DNA from: Bacteroidetes bacterium ADurb.BinA174
GTDB taxonomy: Bacteria; Bacteroidota; Bacteroidia; Bacteroidales; Dysgonomonadaceae
Direction of reading: 5' to 3'
Length of the DNA stretch: 42,656 nt
Assembly: GCA_002069095.1 (NCBI GenBank)
Contig: MVZJ01000001.1
Span: 1 to 42,656 of the forward strand
Translations under genes and position numbers: made by a program
Shown here: positions 9,338-18,349 of the stretch, piece after piece
How positions within the stretch are numbered: the first letter of the stretch is position 1
How the letters are laid out: the number at the start of each line of letters is the position of its first letter
The notes under the pieces: generated by a model
What the model was told of the DNA's origin: nothing
Database searches by the model: none
What the model saw: the letters and a program-made list of their open reading frames with translations, nothing else

Positions 9338-9345
9338 CAAAATTA
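9338..9345 (-). promoter_or_regulatory. -7 box TAATTTTG for the rpmB operon
   Basis: TAnnTTTG on the minus strand upstream of rpmB. Confidence 0.6.
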
Positions 9346-9410
9346 ACTATAAAAATTGTATCTACCAAAATATTTGGCAAATAAATTTTCGTAAAAATTC
9401 GGATTGGTTT

Positions 9411-9980
9411 TTATTTACCGAGATTAAAAATTTTACTCAAATCATCGTACAACTCGTTCAGGTAAAACAAGGTGCTTTTCTGAGTGTTTGTTCTAAATTC
9501 TTTGTCAAGTCCCGATACGGCAGAAATAGCCGCAGGAGTAATTGTTTCTTCCGCGGTAAATGTTTTCGGGAAGAACGACGAGTTAGGCGACTGGCTGTTC
9601 TGATAAGTAACATCTCTTACTACGAGCATACAACCGGTATTGGTAATGGTAGCATCGAAACGATAATTCATTATTACTTTTTCGCGTACGCCGTTGCTGT
9701 TTTGAGGCAACAGGAGTTCAATTTTCGAACTCACGGTTATAGTGCGCGCCTTATCATCAAAACGGATGCCCGATAATAAAGGATTTCTGGCATAATTATC
9801 TTTTCCCCATTTATAAAGTAACGCGTATCGTTGATCGTTAGAAAATTCCTGATCGATGTGTATAAATTGCTGAAATACAACTTTTCCATTCACAACCGGC
9901 ACAGTCGTGAAAACAGATTGAGCTTTTACTTGAATCAGTATAGAAGCGAAAATTAACGCTGTGAAAATAATCTTCTTCAT
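9411..9980 (-). CDS. Exported protein, DUF4468-like
   Basis: Signal peptide ending VKA; VPVVNGKVVF N-terminal motif. Confidence 0.6.
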   Translation of the reverse strand: MKKIIFTALIFASILIQVKAQSVFTTVPVVNGKVVFQQFIHIDQEFSNDQRYALLYKWGKDNYARNPLLSGIRFDDKARTITVSSKIELLLPQNSNGVREKVIMNYRFDATITNTGCMLVVRDVTYQNSQSPNSSFFPKTFTAEETITPAAISAVSGLDKEFRTNTQKSTLFYLNELYDDLSKIFNLGK

Positions 9981-10117
9981 TACTTAAGTTTTTATTTTTT
10001 GCATAAAATTATTTTTTATACAATGTATATGACTACAAACTTACGGAAAAGATTAATCAACACAAGCGGTTTATAGAAAAATTCTGCAATTTATTTTATT
10101 TATCGTTTAAAAACCAT

Positions 10118-10125
10118 TACCTTTG
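10118..10125 (+). promoter_or_regulatory. -7 box TACCTTTG
   Basis: TAnnTTTG upstream of the TPR-ribH operon. Confidence 0.6.
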
Positions 10126-10163
10126 CATCTTGAAATTTTGATAATATAATTTTTGAATATATA

Positions 10164-10865
10164 ATGTCGAAAAAACGTAAAGAATCTGCTGCTGAAAAGG
10201 GGTTTGAAAATATTGAAGAAGTATTGTCTTCATCGGAACGCTTTATCGAAAAAAATCAAAAGGCCATTTTATTGGCGCTTTTAGCAGTTGTTGTAGTGGT
10301 TGGTGGAATTATTGCGTACAACTATCTGTACAAAAACCCAAGAAACGAAAAAGCGCAAGCTGCCATTTACAAAGGAGAAAGATTTTTCCAGAATCAGCAA
10401 GACTCCATAGCACTTTTTGGGAACGGAAACGATTATATCGGGTTCGAAAACATCATGAAAGATTTCAGCGGCACTAAAACCGCCGATCTAGCCTGCGCTT
10501 ACGCAGGAATCAGCTATAGCAGACTGGGAAATAACGAAAAAGCATTGGAGTATCTGGGTAAATTCAAAGGCGGCGATTTATTGATCACTCCGGCTGTTGA
10601 GGGAGCTATCGGTGATGTTTACATGAACATGGGCAATACCGATAAAGCTATTTCTCACTTCATCAACGCGGCAAAAAAAGCCAACGACGATATGTTGAGC
10701 CCCATTTATTACAACAAAGCAGGATTTGCTTACCTCTCCGTTAAAAATTACACCAAAGCCATCGAAACTTTCCAGATGATTAAGGATAAATACATCAATT
10801 CTCCACAAGGACAGGAAGCCGATAAATATATTGAAGCAGCCAAACTTCAACAAACAGGAAATTAA
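10164..10865 (+). CDS. Membrane-anchored TPR protein (YfgM-like)
   Basis: Single N-terminal TM helix followed by TPR repeats; typical position before ribH. Confidence 0.85.
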   Translation: MSKKRKESAAEKGFENIEEVLSSSERFIEKNQKAILLALLAVVVVVGGIIAYNYLYKNPRNEKAQAAIYKGERFFQNQQDSIALFGNGNDYIGFENIMKDFSGTKTADLACAYAGISYSRLGNNEKALEYLGKFKGGDLLITPAVEGAIGDVYMNMGNTDKAISHFINAAKKANDDMLSPIYYNKAGFAYLSVKNYTKAIETFQMIKDKYINSPQGQEADKYIEAAKLQQTGN

Positions 10866-10870
10866 TTGCC

Positions 10871-11362
10871 ATGGCTACCGAATTACAAAACTTGTCGTCA
10901 TACGATTCGGGTTCCACCCCAAGCGGTGAAGGGAAAAAAATAGGTATTGTTGTTTCGGAATGGAACAAACCCGTTACCGGAAGTTTGTTGGAAGGCGCAC
11001 TACAAACACTATTTCGGTTTGGCGTTAAACAAAACGATATCGTAGTTGAATATGTCCCCGGAAGTTTTGAACTTACCTACGGCGCAAAAAAACTGATAGA
11101 AAGGTTGGAACTCGACAGCGTTATCGTTATCGGATGCGTTATTCAGGGCGAAACGCCACACTTCACGTTCGTTTGCAACAGCGTTACGCAAGGCGTTACC
11201 GATTTGAATTTGAAATATGATATTCCAGTTATCTTTGGGCTGTTAACAACCAACACGCTTGAACAGGCAAAAGCGCGTTCGGGCGGCAGACACGGAAATA
11301 AAGGCGATGAAGCTGCAATCACAGCGTTAAAGATGATTGCACTAAACGAAAAATACAGATAA
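10871..11362 (+). CDS. ribH: 6,7-dimethyl-8-ribityllumazine synthase
   Basis: [26 protein letters not shown]. Confidence 0.96.
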   Translation: MATELQNLSSYDSGSTPSGEGKKIGIVVSEWNKPVTGSLLEGALQTLFRFGVKQNDIVVEYVPGSFELTYGAKKLIERLELDSVIVIGCVIQGETPHFTFVCNSVTQGVTDLNLKYDIPVIFGLLTTNTLEQAKARSGGRHGNKGDEAAITALKMIALNEKYR

Positions 11363-11417
11363 TTTATTATCTTTGCGTAAAATAATGCACAATTTTGCAT
11401 TATAAATTTGATTTAAA

Positions 11418-11500
11418 GGGCAGTTACCAAAGTGGCCAACTGGGGCTGACTGTAACTCAGCTGTCTTTCGACTTCGGTGGTTCGAATCCATCACTGCCCA
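11418..11500 (+). tRNA. tRNA-Tyr (GTA)
   Basis: GGGCAGT/ACTGCCC acceptor stem, GCTGA-CTGTAAC-TCAGC anticodon arm, long variable arm, TTCGAAT T-loop. Confidence 0.96.
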
Positions 11501-11578
11501 CAAACCGATTTACGATTACCGATTTCGGATTTGCGATTTAAATTCACAATCCGAACTAACGAATCCCAAATCGAAATT

Positions 11579-11651
11579 GCGGAAGTAGCTCAGTCGATAG
11601 AGCATTAGCCTTCCAAGCTGAGGGTCGCGGGTTTGAGTCCCGTCTTCCGCT
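11579..11651 (+). tRNA. tRNA-Gly (TCC)
   Basis: GCGGAAG/CTTCCGC acceptor stem, CTTCCAA anticodon loop, atypical TTTGAGT T-loop. Confidence 0.93.
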
Positions 11652-11653
11652 CT

Positions 11654-11690
11654 AAAAAGAAGTAGCTATCAAATAGTTACTTCTTTTTTT
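11654..11690 (+). terminator. Intrinsic terminator after the tRNA pair
   Basis: AAAAAGAAGTAGCTAT-CAA-ATAGTTACTTCTTTTTTT. Confidence 0.85.
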
Positions 11691-11724
11691 ATCTATTGAA
11701 TCCCTTTTTTGTAGCAACGTTACA

Positions 11725-13089
11725 ATGACTACCGATAAGCAACATACGGCTTCCATCCGCGATTTCACGCGAGGCGGCATTTCCCGTCAACTAATCACGT
11801 TGGCTATGCCGTTGATGGCGGTCAGCTTTATTCAGATGACCTACAACATGGTAGATATCATCTGGATAGGCCGGTTGGGCAGTAAATCGGTGGCAGCCGT
11901 GGGAACGGTTGGGATGCTGATGTGGATGATGAATTCTTTCGCACTTCTTTCCAAAGTGAGCGCCGAAGTTTCCATCGGGCAGTCCATTGGCGCCAAAAAG
12001 TTAGACAAAGCCATACTTTATGCTTCGCATACCACCACACTCGCCATAATTCTGGGATTATTCTTTGCTGTTTTCTTTTTTCTTTTTCCGCAGCTTATCA
12101 TTTCCTTTTTCAGGCTGGAAGCCGACATTACCCAAGAAGCCATTAATTACCTGAAAATTATCTCTTTCGGCGTACCTTTTATGTTTCTGATTCTTAATTT
12201 TTCGGGAATTTACATCGGAACCGGAAGGAGTGATATTCCTTTCTATTTCAACGCGATAGGATTAATTTTAAATATTGTGCTCGACCCGCTTTTTATTTTC
12301 GGTTTCGGATTTATTCCGAAAATGGGAACGCAAGGCGCTGCATTGGCGACTACGCTTTCACAATTGGTGGTTTTGATTTTGTTTGTCCGCCATTTACGAA
12401 AAAAGAACGGTGTTTTGGCACAGTTTCCGTTCTGGATAAAACTTCGCAAAAGCTATACGCTCAACATCCTGAAACTTGGCATTCCGATAGTAGCCATGAA
12501 CGTTTATTTTTCCATTATTAACATGAACCTCACCCGAATAGCCTCCATTTACGGCGGACATTTAGGCGTTACGAGCCAAACCACCGGAGGACAAATAGAA
12601 GGGATTACCTGGAACACATCGACAGGATTTGCAACCGCATTGGGAAGTTTTGTGGCGCAAAACTTTGCCGCAGGCAAAATGGACAGAGCCAAACACGCAT
12701 ACCGATACACGTTGATAGCTATGATGTCTTTGGGGCTTGTGGCAACAGCGGTATTTATGTTGTTTGGTCGTGAAATTTTCTCGATTTTCATTCCCGAAAG
12801 AGCTGCATATCTTGCCGGAGGGGATTATCTGTTTATCATCGGAATATCGCAAATATTTATGATGCTGGAACTTACTACGCAGGGTATGTTCAACGGAGTG
12901 GGAAAAACTACTCCACCTGCGATTGTTAGCATCGTTTTTAATACCGTGCGCATACCGTTTGCCTTGATTTTGGCTTCGTTAATGGGTGTAAACGGCGTTT
13001 GGTGGACAATTACCATTACATCTATTGTAAAAGGTATTGTTTCTCCCGTTTGGTTCAGCTTTATTCAAAAAAGAATACAGAGAAATTAA
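11725..13089 (+). CDS. MATE family efflux transporter
   Basis: YNMVDIIWIGRLG, NIVLDPLFIFG, about 12 TM segments. Confidence 0.93.
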   Translation: MTTDKQHTASIRDFTRGGISRQLITLAMPLMAVSFIQMTYNMVDIIWIGRLGSKSVAAVGTVGMLMWMMNSFALLSKVSAEVSIGQSIGAKKLDKAILYASHTTTLAIILGLFFAVFFFLFPQLIISFFRLEADITQEAINYLKIISFGVPFMFLILNFSGIYIGTGRSDIPFYFNAIGLILNIVLDPLFIFGFGFIPKMGTQGAALATTLSQLVVLILFVRHLRKKNGVLAQFPFWIKLRKSYTLNILKLGIPIVAMNVYFSIINMNLTRIASIYGGHLGVTSQTTGGQIEGITWNTSTGFATALGSFVAQNFAAGKMDRAKHAYRYTLIAMMSLGLVATAVFMLFGREIFSIFIPERAAYLAGGDYLFIIGISQIFMMLELTTQGMFNGVGKTTPPAIVSIVFNTVRIPFALILASLMGVNGVWWTITITSIVKGIVSPVWFSFIQKRIQRN

Positions 13090-13104
13090 TATAAACATAC
13101 GAAT

Positions 13105-14826
13105 ATGAAACGAATAATCAACATATTACTACTCATTGCCCTTATAACATTCCCTCGAATAAATTATGCCAAAGGACAAACGTATGAAGAAAAGTATAAC
13201 CTCGATTTTAGGATTGTCGATAACTTTTACGGATGGTATTCTGATGTTAACAACTCATACATACGTTTTAGCGTCGATAGTACTGATATAAATCATCCTA
13301 TCAAATTTTCTCAAGCCGAAAGATGGGGATTTAGAGAAAAAATGAGTTTGACCTTATATATGCCACAATTGTTATTACTTCCTGCCTTTTCCGACAGCTT
13401 GTTAGAAGTGAAGATATCTTATAAGTGCAAGAATCTTGAGACGGGAAGATTGTTCGTCACTTCACTGAACAAGCAGATGGACATATTAATAACCGACAGC
13501 ATTTGCCTGCAAAACGATGACAACTTTCGGGAGGATTCATTAGAAATGACAACCAAAGACGCGCGTTTTTTGTTCCTCAGCCTGCAAGCAGTCGGGAAAG
13601 ACAGCACGTACACGGAATGGCCGGTCGGCCCGGTAGAGCAAACCATTCCTCACGAGATTTCAATTAGCCGAATAACGTTACAAAGTGGACGTACAAATAT
13701 CAATGACCTCCCGTTTCAAGATATTGAAGCACCTAATGTAGATAAATCAAAAATCCTCGTTTTACCCCCTGACACCTTGTTGACAGGAAAACAGCTTTCC
13801 CGCATATCCGGAAGAATTACCGCCCTCGGTGAAACGGTCCACGGAAGCGGTAAGATAGGCTGGACTACAACTAATTTTATCAAATCGAGTGTTCTGAATA
13901 ACCAGACAAACTTGATTATATATGAACTACCGCTTTTAATGATGCTTTATTTCAACAAATACGTGCAGGGGGCTAACGATATTAATGAGAATAAATTAAA
14001 AGAACTCACGAAAAAGATGGCAAGTGAGTCTGAACCCGTTTTGGAATTAGCGAAATGGCTCAGGGAGTACAACAAAACCGCTCTTGAAAAAGTGAGCTTT
14101 TGGGGAATGGACTGCAAATATCAAACAAATGAATTAGAGGAGTTTCTTAAAGATTATTTGCAAATTATCAATCAAGAGGCACGTTCATCGACCGTGGATT
14201 CCCTTATATCCGTCTTGGATATAAGAGACGCAGATAAAATCAAAGATATGGCAATAACAACGCTTCATATCATTAAAAACAATTGGCAAGAGCTGAGCGA
14301 TGTTTTAGCTGAAGACATAGAAATCATTACTTTTTACTTGGAAAGCTTGATAAAAGCCGAAGTAACCTATAAAAACAATTATTACGAAAGGGACTGGCAC
14401 ATGTTCAAAACCACTTCCTTTTTAATAGACTACCACTGTAAACCCCATCAAACGGTTGTTATTTCCTGTCATTTGAGTCACGCGAATTATTTGACTGATC
14501 ACACCCCACTTCACAAATCATACGGTTCTTATATGAAAAAAGAATATAAGGAAGAATACGGCTGTATTTTACAAATAGTGGGTGAGGACACTGTGAATGC
14601 GTTAACGGGCAAAGAGTTTGAGAGGAAAACTCTCCCTCCTTTCTCATCAAATAGTTTAGAGGCCGTTTTTTCAAAGTCAGGTGTAAAGTATGGGTACATT
14701 GATGCAAAAGAACTGAACGAGATTGTTAAATTACGCATGCAAGGGTCGCATCACGAACCGACCTCAAGAATTGAAAGATACATCAATCCACGAAGTCAGG
14801 TACAGGGCGTATTGTTTATTAATTGA
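13105..14826 (+). CDS. Exported erythromycin esterase family protein with N-terminal extension
   Basis: Signal peptide; ALGETVHGS, FWGMD, RDWHM, CHLSH motifs resemble Ere-family GExxHG / GxD / RDxxM / HxxH. Confidence 0.7.
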   Translation: MKRIINILLLIALITFPRINYAKGQTYEEKYNLDFRIVDNFYGWYSDVNNSYIRFSVDSTDINHPIKFSQAERWGFREKMSLTLYMPQLLLLPAFSDSLLEVKISYKCKNLETGRLFVTSLNKQMDILITDSICLQNDDNFREDSLEMTTKDARFLFLSLQAVGKDSTYTEWPVGPVEQTIPHEISISRITLQSGRTNINDLPFQDIEAPNVDKSKILVLPPDTLLTGKQLSRISGRITALGETVHGSGKIGWTTTNFIKSSVLNNQTNLIIYELPLLMMLYFNKYVQGANDINENKLKELTKKMASESEPVLELAKWLREYNKTALEKVSFWGMDCKYQTNELEEFLKDYLQIINQEARSSTVDSLISVLDIRDADKIKDMAITTLHIIKNNWQELSDVLAEDIEIITFYLESLIKAEVTYKNNYYERDWHMFKTTSFLIDYHCKPHQTVVISCHLSHANYLTDHTPLHKSYGSYMKKEYKEEYGCILQIVGEDTVNALTGKEFERKTLPPFSSNSLEAVFSKSGVKYGYIDAKELNEIVKLRMQGSHHEPTSRIERYINPRSQVQGVLFIN

Positions 14827-14849
14827 AACGGAGTAAAATGACAATTGAG

Positions 14850-15056
14850 ATGAGATATTTATTTATACATCTGTTATTTTTTTCAATATTGCTGTTGTGC
14901 CGTCCTCAATCGGGGCAGACAAACGATAACATCTTGGGCTATAATTGGGTAATAAGCCAAAGCTACTCTTTTCTAAGACTTAAGGGAGGATATCACATCT
15001 CACAAAAATTTTATCCTTTCAACCTATATCAAAGATACAGAGGCATTTTTTCATAA
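14850..15056 (+). pseudogene. Probable remnant of an exported protein gene (signal-peptide fragment)
   Basis: MRYLFIHLLFFSILLLC... signal-like start followed by a short unrecognisable tail. Confidence 0.35.
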
Positions 15057-15088
15057 AAGAACACAAAAATTAATATAAACTTATGATT

Positions 15089-15799
15089 ATGAAACGATTA
15101 TTTTTCCATTTAACGATTCTTCTCAGTTCCACACTTTTATTGTCGTGTTCAACTGCAAGAATTAGTAAGACAAAAGAACAAAAAGTTCTTATTCAAACCA
15201 CCGAAGGTGACATTACACTTAAATTGTACAACGAAACGCCGTTGCATCGTGATAATTTTATCAAGTTGGTAAAAGCAAAAACGTATAACGGTGTGCTTTT
15301 TCATCGGGTAATCAAAGAATTTATGATCCAAGGCGGAGATCCCAATTCCAAAACGGCTGCACCGGATATGATGCTGGGCGAGGGCGATGTGGGTTATACC
15401 ATTCCTGCGGAATTCAAAACCCCCGCAATTTACCACAAATACGGTGCATTGGCAGCAGCCCGTGAAAGCGACGATACTAATCCTCATAAAGTGTCATCGG
15501 GTTGTCAGTTTTATATTGTTGTGGGCAAAAAATTTACCGATGAACAATTGGATAAAATGCAAGAAAGCAAAATCGCCCGATACGGCCACACCAACGATTC
15601 AACCTATAAATTCAGTGCACAAGCGCGCCACGATTACAAAAACGTTGGCGGAACGCCTCATCTCGACGGCAATTATACCGTGTATGGCGAAGTGTTGAAA
15701 GGAATGGATGTAGCGGAAAAAATATCGAAAGTGCAAACAAACAGCCACGACCGTCCTGTGAAAGACATCAGAATAAAGAAAATGAAGCTGATACGCTAA
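15089..15799 (+). CDS. Cyclophilin-type peptidyl-prolyl isomerase, lipoprotein
   Basis: FHRVIKEFMIQGGDP, QFYIV, HLDGNYTVYG; lipobox LLSC. Alternative start at 15083. Confidence 0.93.
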   Translation: MKRLFFHLTILLSSTLLLSCSTARISKTKEQKVLIQTTEGDITLKLYNETPLHRDNFIKLVKAKTYNGVLFHRVIKEFMIQGGDPNSKTAAPDMMLGEGDVGYTIPAEFKTPAIYHKYGALAAARESDDTNPHKVSSGCQFYIVVGKKFTDEQLDKMQESKIARYGHTNDSTYKFSAQARHDYKNVGGTPHLDGNYTVYGEVLKGMDVAEKISKVQTNSHDRPVKDIRIKKMKLIR

Positions 15800-15930
15800 A
15801 AAGTAATGATGGTAAAACAACTATTTTAGTTAAGAGTATGAAGTTTTGAGCTTAGAGTATTGCTTGTTGCAAAACATTCTACTCCACATTTTAAACTTAA
15901 ACACAGTTGCATTTTAAAAACATAAGGAAA

Positions 15931-16419
15931 ATGAAAAAATTACTTATAATGCGACACGGTAAATCATCGTGGAACAGTGAATATTTAGATGATTACGATC
16001 GTCCTTTGAATGACAGAGGCAAGAAAAATTCTTCCGAAATGGGACATTTCTTACTTCAGGTATGCGGAAAACCCGAATTAATACTGGCATCTGCCGCAAA
16101 ACGGACTACGGAAACCGCTATAAGAGCCGCTTTGAATTTAAATTATCCGCAAGACAAAATTGAATTCGATAGAGAACTATATCTGGCCGGAATAAATGAC
16201 ATTTTGAAAAGCATCTCCAAAATATCCGCAAATGTCAATACTTGCATATTGGTAGGACACAATCCGGGATTGACCGACCTTGTAAACTATTTCGGATTAA
16301 GACTCGATAATTTGCCTACGGCATCGGTGGTGTGTTTAGATTTCGATGCCCCAACATGGAAAGAAATCTCACCGAAAAATGCCCGTTTTCAGTGGCTAAA
16401 ATTAGCAAGAGAACTGTGA
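15931..16419 (+). CDS. SixA-type histidine phosphatase
   Basis: RHGKS, RPLNDRG, VGHNPG; ATG 15931 preferred to TTG 15907. Confidence 0.88.
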   Translation: MKKLLIMRHGKSSWNSEYLDDYDRPLNDRGKKNSSEMGHFLLQVCGKPELILASAAKRTTETAIRAALNLNYPQDKIEFDRELYLAGINDILKSISKISANVNTCILVGHNPGLTDLVNYFGLRLDNLPTASVVCLDFDAPTWKEISPKNARFQWLKLAREL

Positions 16420-16487
16420 AAAGTTTTGAGTTGACAATTGACAGTTTGCAGCCCGGCTTTTGTTTTTCACCAAGTCGCCAAGTCGCA

Positions 16488-17696
16488 TCAAAGTCCGGGC
16501 AGGAACAATCCGATATCGTTTACCGGCAGGTTAAAGTGATTGGCCACGTAAGAATTAACCATTTTACCCGAAAACATATAAAATCCGGCAGCAAATCCCC
16601 GATCGAAACGGGCGAACTGTCCCACTCCACCACTGTCGGCCATTGCCGTAAACATAGAAATAAAAATATTACTTAACGCAATGGACGACGTGCGCGCCAC
16701 ACGCGAACTCACGCTTAACTCACAAAAATGCAAAATTCCAAATCGTTCAAAAATTTCGGGATGATCGGGCAAACACGCTTCCATAGTTGTTTCGAAACAA
16801 CCTCCTTGCGACATCCGCAAATCAATTATCAACGACCCTTTTTTCATCTCACGAATTAAATCAGTGGAAATACGGTACAAATGCATTTTATTTACGTATT
16901 GCATAGCGCCGATAACGACATCAGCTGAACGAAAAACGTTTCGTAACACGTTGGGTTGCAGAGTAGAAGTAAATACCATTCGTTCCAGTTCGTGTTGAAT
17001 TTTCCGAAGTTTATTGATATCGTTATCGAAAATTTTTACCGTAGCTCCTAGTGCAAGCGCAGCACGTGCGGCAACAGTGCCCGCAACCCCTGCACCAATA
17101 ATCACCACCTCGGTGGGCGAGATTCCCGGAACACCACCCAGCAAAATGCCTTTTCCGCCGTGTGCATTGCTGAGCAACTCAGAGGCAACTGAAATGGAAC
17201 ACGCTCCTTCAATTTCACTAATGGCAGTTATAAAAGGCGAAATCTGATTATCGTCGTAAATTAACTCATAGGCCAACGCGTTTATACGCTTTTCGACCAT
17301 TAATTCCAGCGTTTCCGATGAAATGAGGTGCAACTGCAGAAACGAAAACACGTTGCTACGCGGCTTCATCATCGATATTTCCTCAAAAGTAGGCGGCGAT
17401 ATCTTCAAAATAATGTCTGCCTGAAAAACTTCTGCTTTCGATTTAGCAATGTACGCTCCAGAATCGGAATAGTATCGGTCGGAATAATTAATCGTAAGTC
17501 CGGCATCCGATTCAACAATTACCCGATAACCCGAATCCGTGAGCAAAGCCGTTGTTTCGGGAGTGATCGCGAGCCGTTTTTCCACTTTCTGATTTTCCTT
17601 CGGAATACCGATAACAAGCGATACATTTTGTCTTTCAACCTTCATCAGCAATTCACGAACGATAAATTGCGTGCTTTTTAAGGGTTCGTATATCAT
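16488..17696 (-). CDS. Alanine dehydrogenase-like protein (AlaDh/PNT fold)
   Basis: IGIPKE, GKGILLGGVPG, IIGAGVAG, QGGCFET; catalytic positions appear substituted. Confidence 0.8.
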   Translation of the reverse strand: MIYEPLKSTQFIVRELLMKVERQNVSLVIGIPKENQKVEKRLAITPETTALLTDSGYRVIVESDAGLTINYSDRYYSDSGAYIAKSKAEVFQADIILKISPPTFEEISMMKPRSNVFSFLQLHLISSETLELMVEKRINALAYELIYDDNQISPFITAISEIEGACSISVASELLSNAHGGKGILLGGVPGISPTEVVIIGAGVAGTVAARAALALGATVKIFDNDINKLRKIQHELERMVFTSTLQPNVLRNVFRSADVVIGAMQYVNKMHLYRISTDLIREMKKGSLIIDLRMSQGGCFETTMEACLPDHPEIFERFGILHFCELSVSSRVARTSSIALSNIFISMFTAMADSGGVGQFARFDRGFAAGFYMFSGKMVNSYVANHFNLPVNDIGLFLPGL

Positions 17697-18286
17697 TTTT
17701 GCAGTTTTTTTATTTCGCTAACAATTTCGTCCACCGTCAGATGAACGTCTTCTTTTGTAACTAAATGATTGGTTTTGTAAATAATTTGTGCCTGTGTATA
17801 AAACCTTTCCCTTTCCGACAAGTGATTAGAAATAAATGAATATAACTCCTCTTTTGCTTTTCCTGAAACTATGGGGCGCACCGTTTTCGATGTCCGCAAC
17901 CGGGCTGCAAGTTCCTCGGGTTCGGCCTGAATGTAAACGGTAATTCCGGTTTGATTCATCAACTCTACGTTATCGAAAAAGCAGGGGGTTCCTCCACCAG
18001 TAGAAATCACCACATTTTCTATCTCTGAAACTTCTTTGAGCGTTTTTTGTTCAATCAATCGAAATTCACTTTCACCCCGTTCGATAAAAAGTTCGGGAAC
18101 GGTTTTGTAGTATTTGCTTTCGATAAATTTATCCAAATCGATAAACCCAATATCTAATAATTTAGCTAATTTTTTCCCTACGGTGGTTTTACCCACACCC
18201 ATGTAGCCTATTAAATAAATTCGCCCCCCCTCTAAAAGGGACTTTGCGGGCTGTTTATTACTAATATTTATGTTGCTATTCTGCAT
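17693..18286 (-). CDS. aroK: Shikimate kinase
   Basis: LIGYMGVGKTTVG, GESEFRLIE, STGGGTP; start placed at the ATG of MQNS. Confidence 0.93.
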   Translation of the reverse strand: MQNSNINISNKQPAKSLLEGGRIYLIGYMGVGKTTVGKKLAKLLDIGFIDLDKFIESKYYKTVPELFIERGESEFRLIEQKTLKEVSEIENVVISTGGGTPCFFDNVELMNQTGITVYIQAEPEELAARLRTSKTVRPIVSGKAKEELYSFISNHLSERERFYTQAQIIYKTNHLVTKEDVHLTVDEIVSEIKKLQK

Positions 18287-18349
18287 AAATTTTCTATAAA
18301 AGTTTTGGCAATTACTGCTCCTCAAATCCCTTTTAGGGGGTTAGAGATT

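Noticed and set aside
11418-11700. Genomic island integrated at the tRNAs
   Set aside because: No integrase and no duplicated tRNA 3' end found in the window.
13105-14826. Antibiotic-resistance calls for the Ere-like gene (and for the serine hydrolase at 25996-27189)
   Set aside because: Family motifs only; substrates cannot be inferred from sequence.
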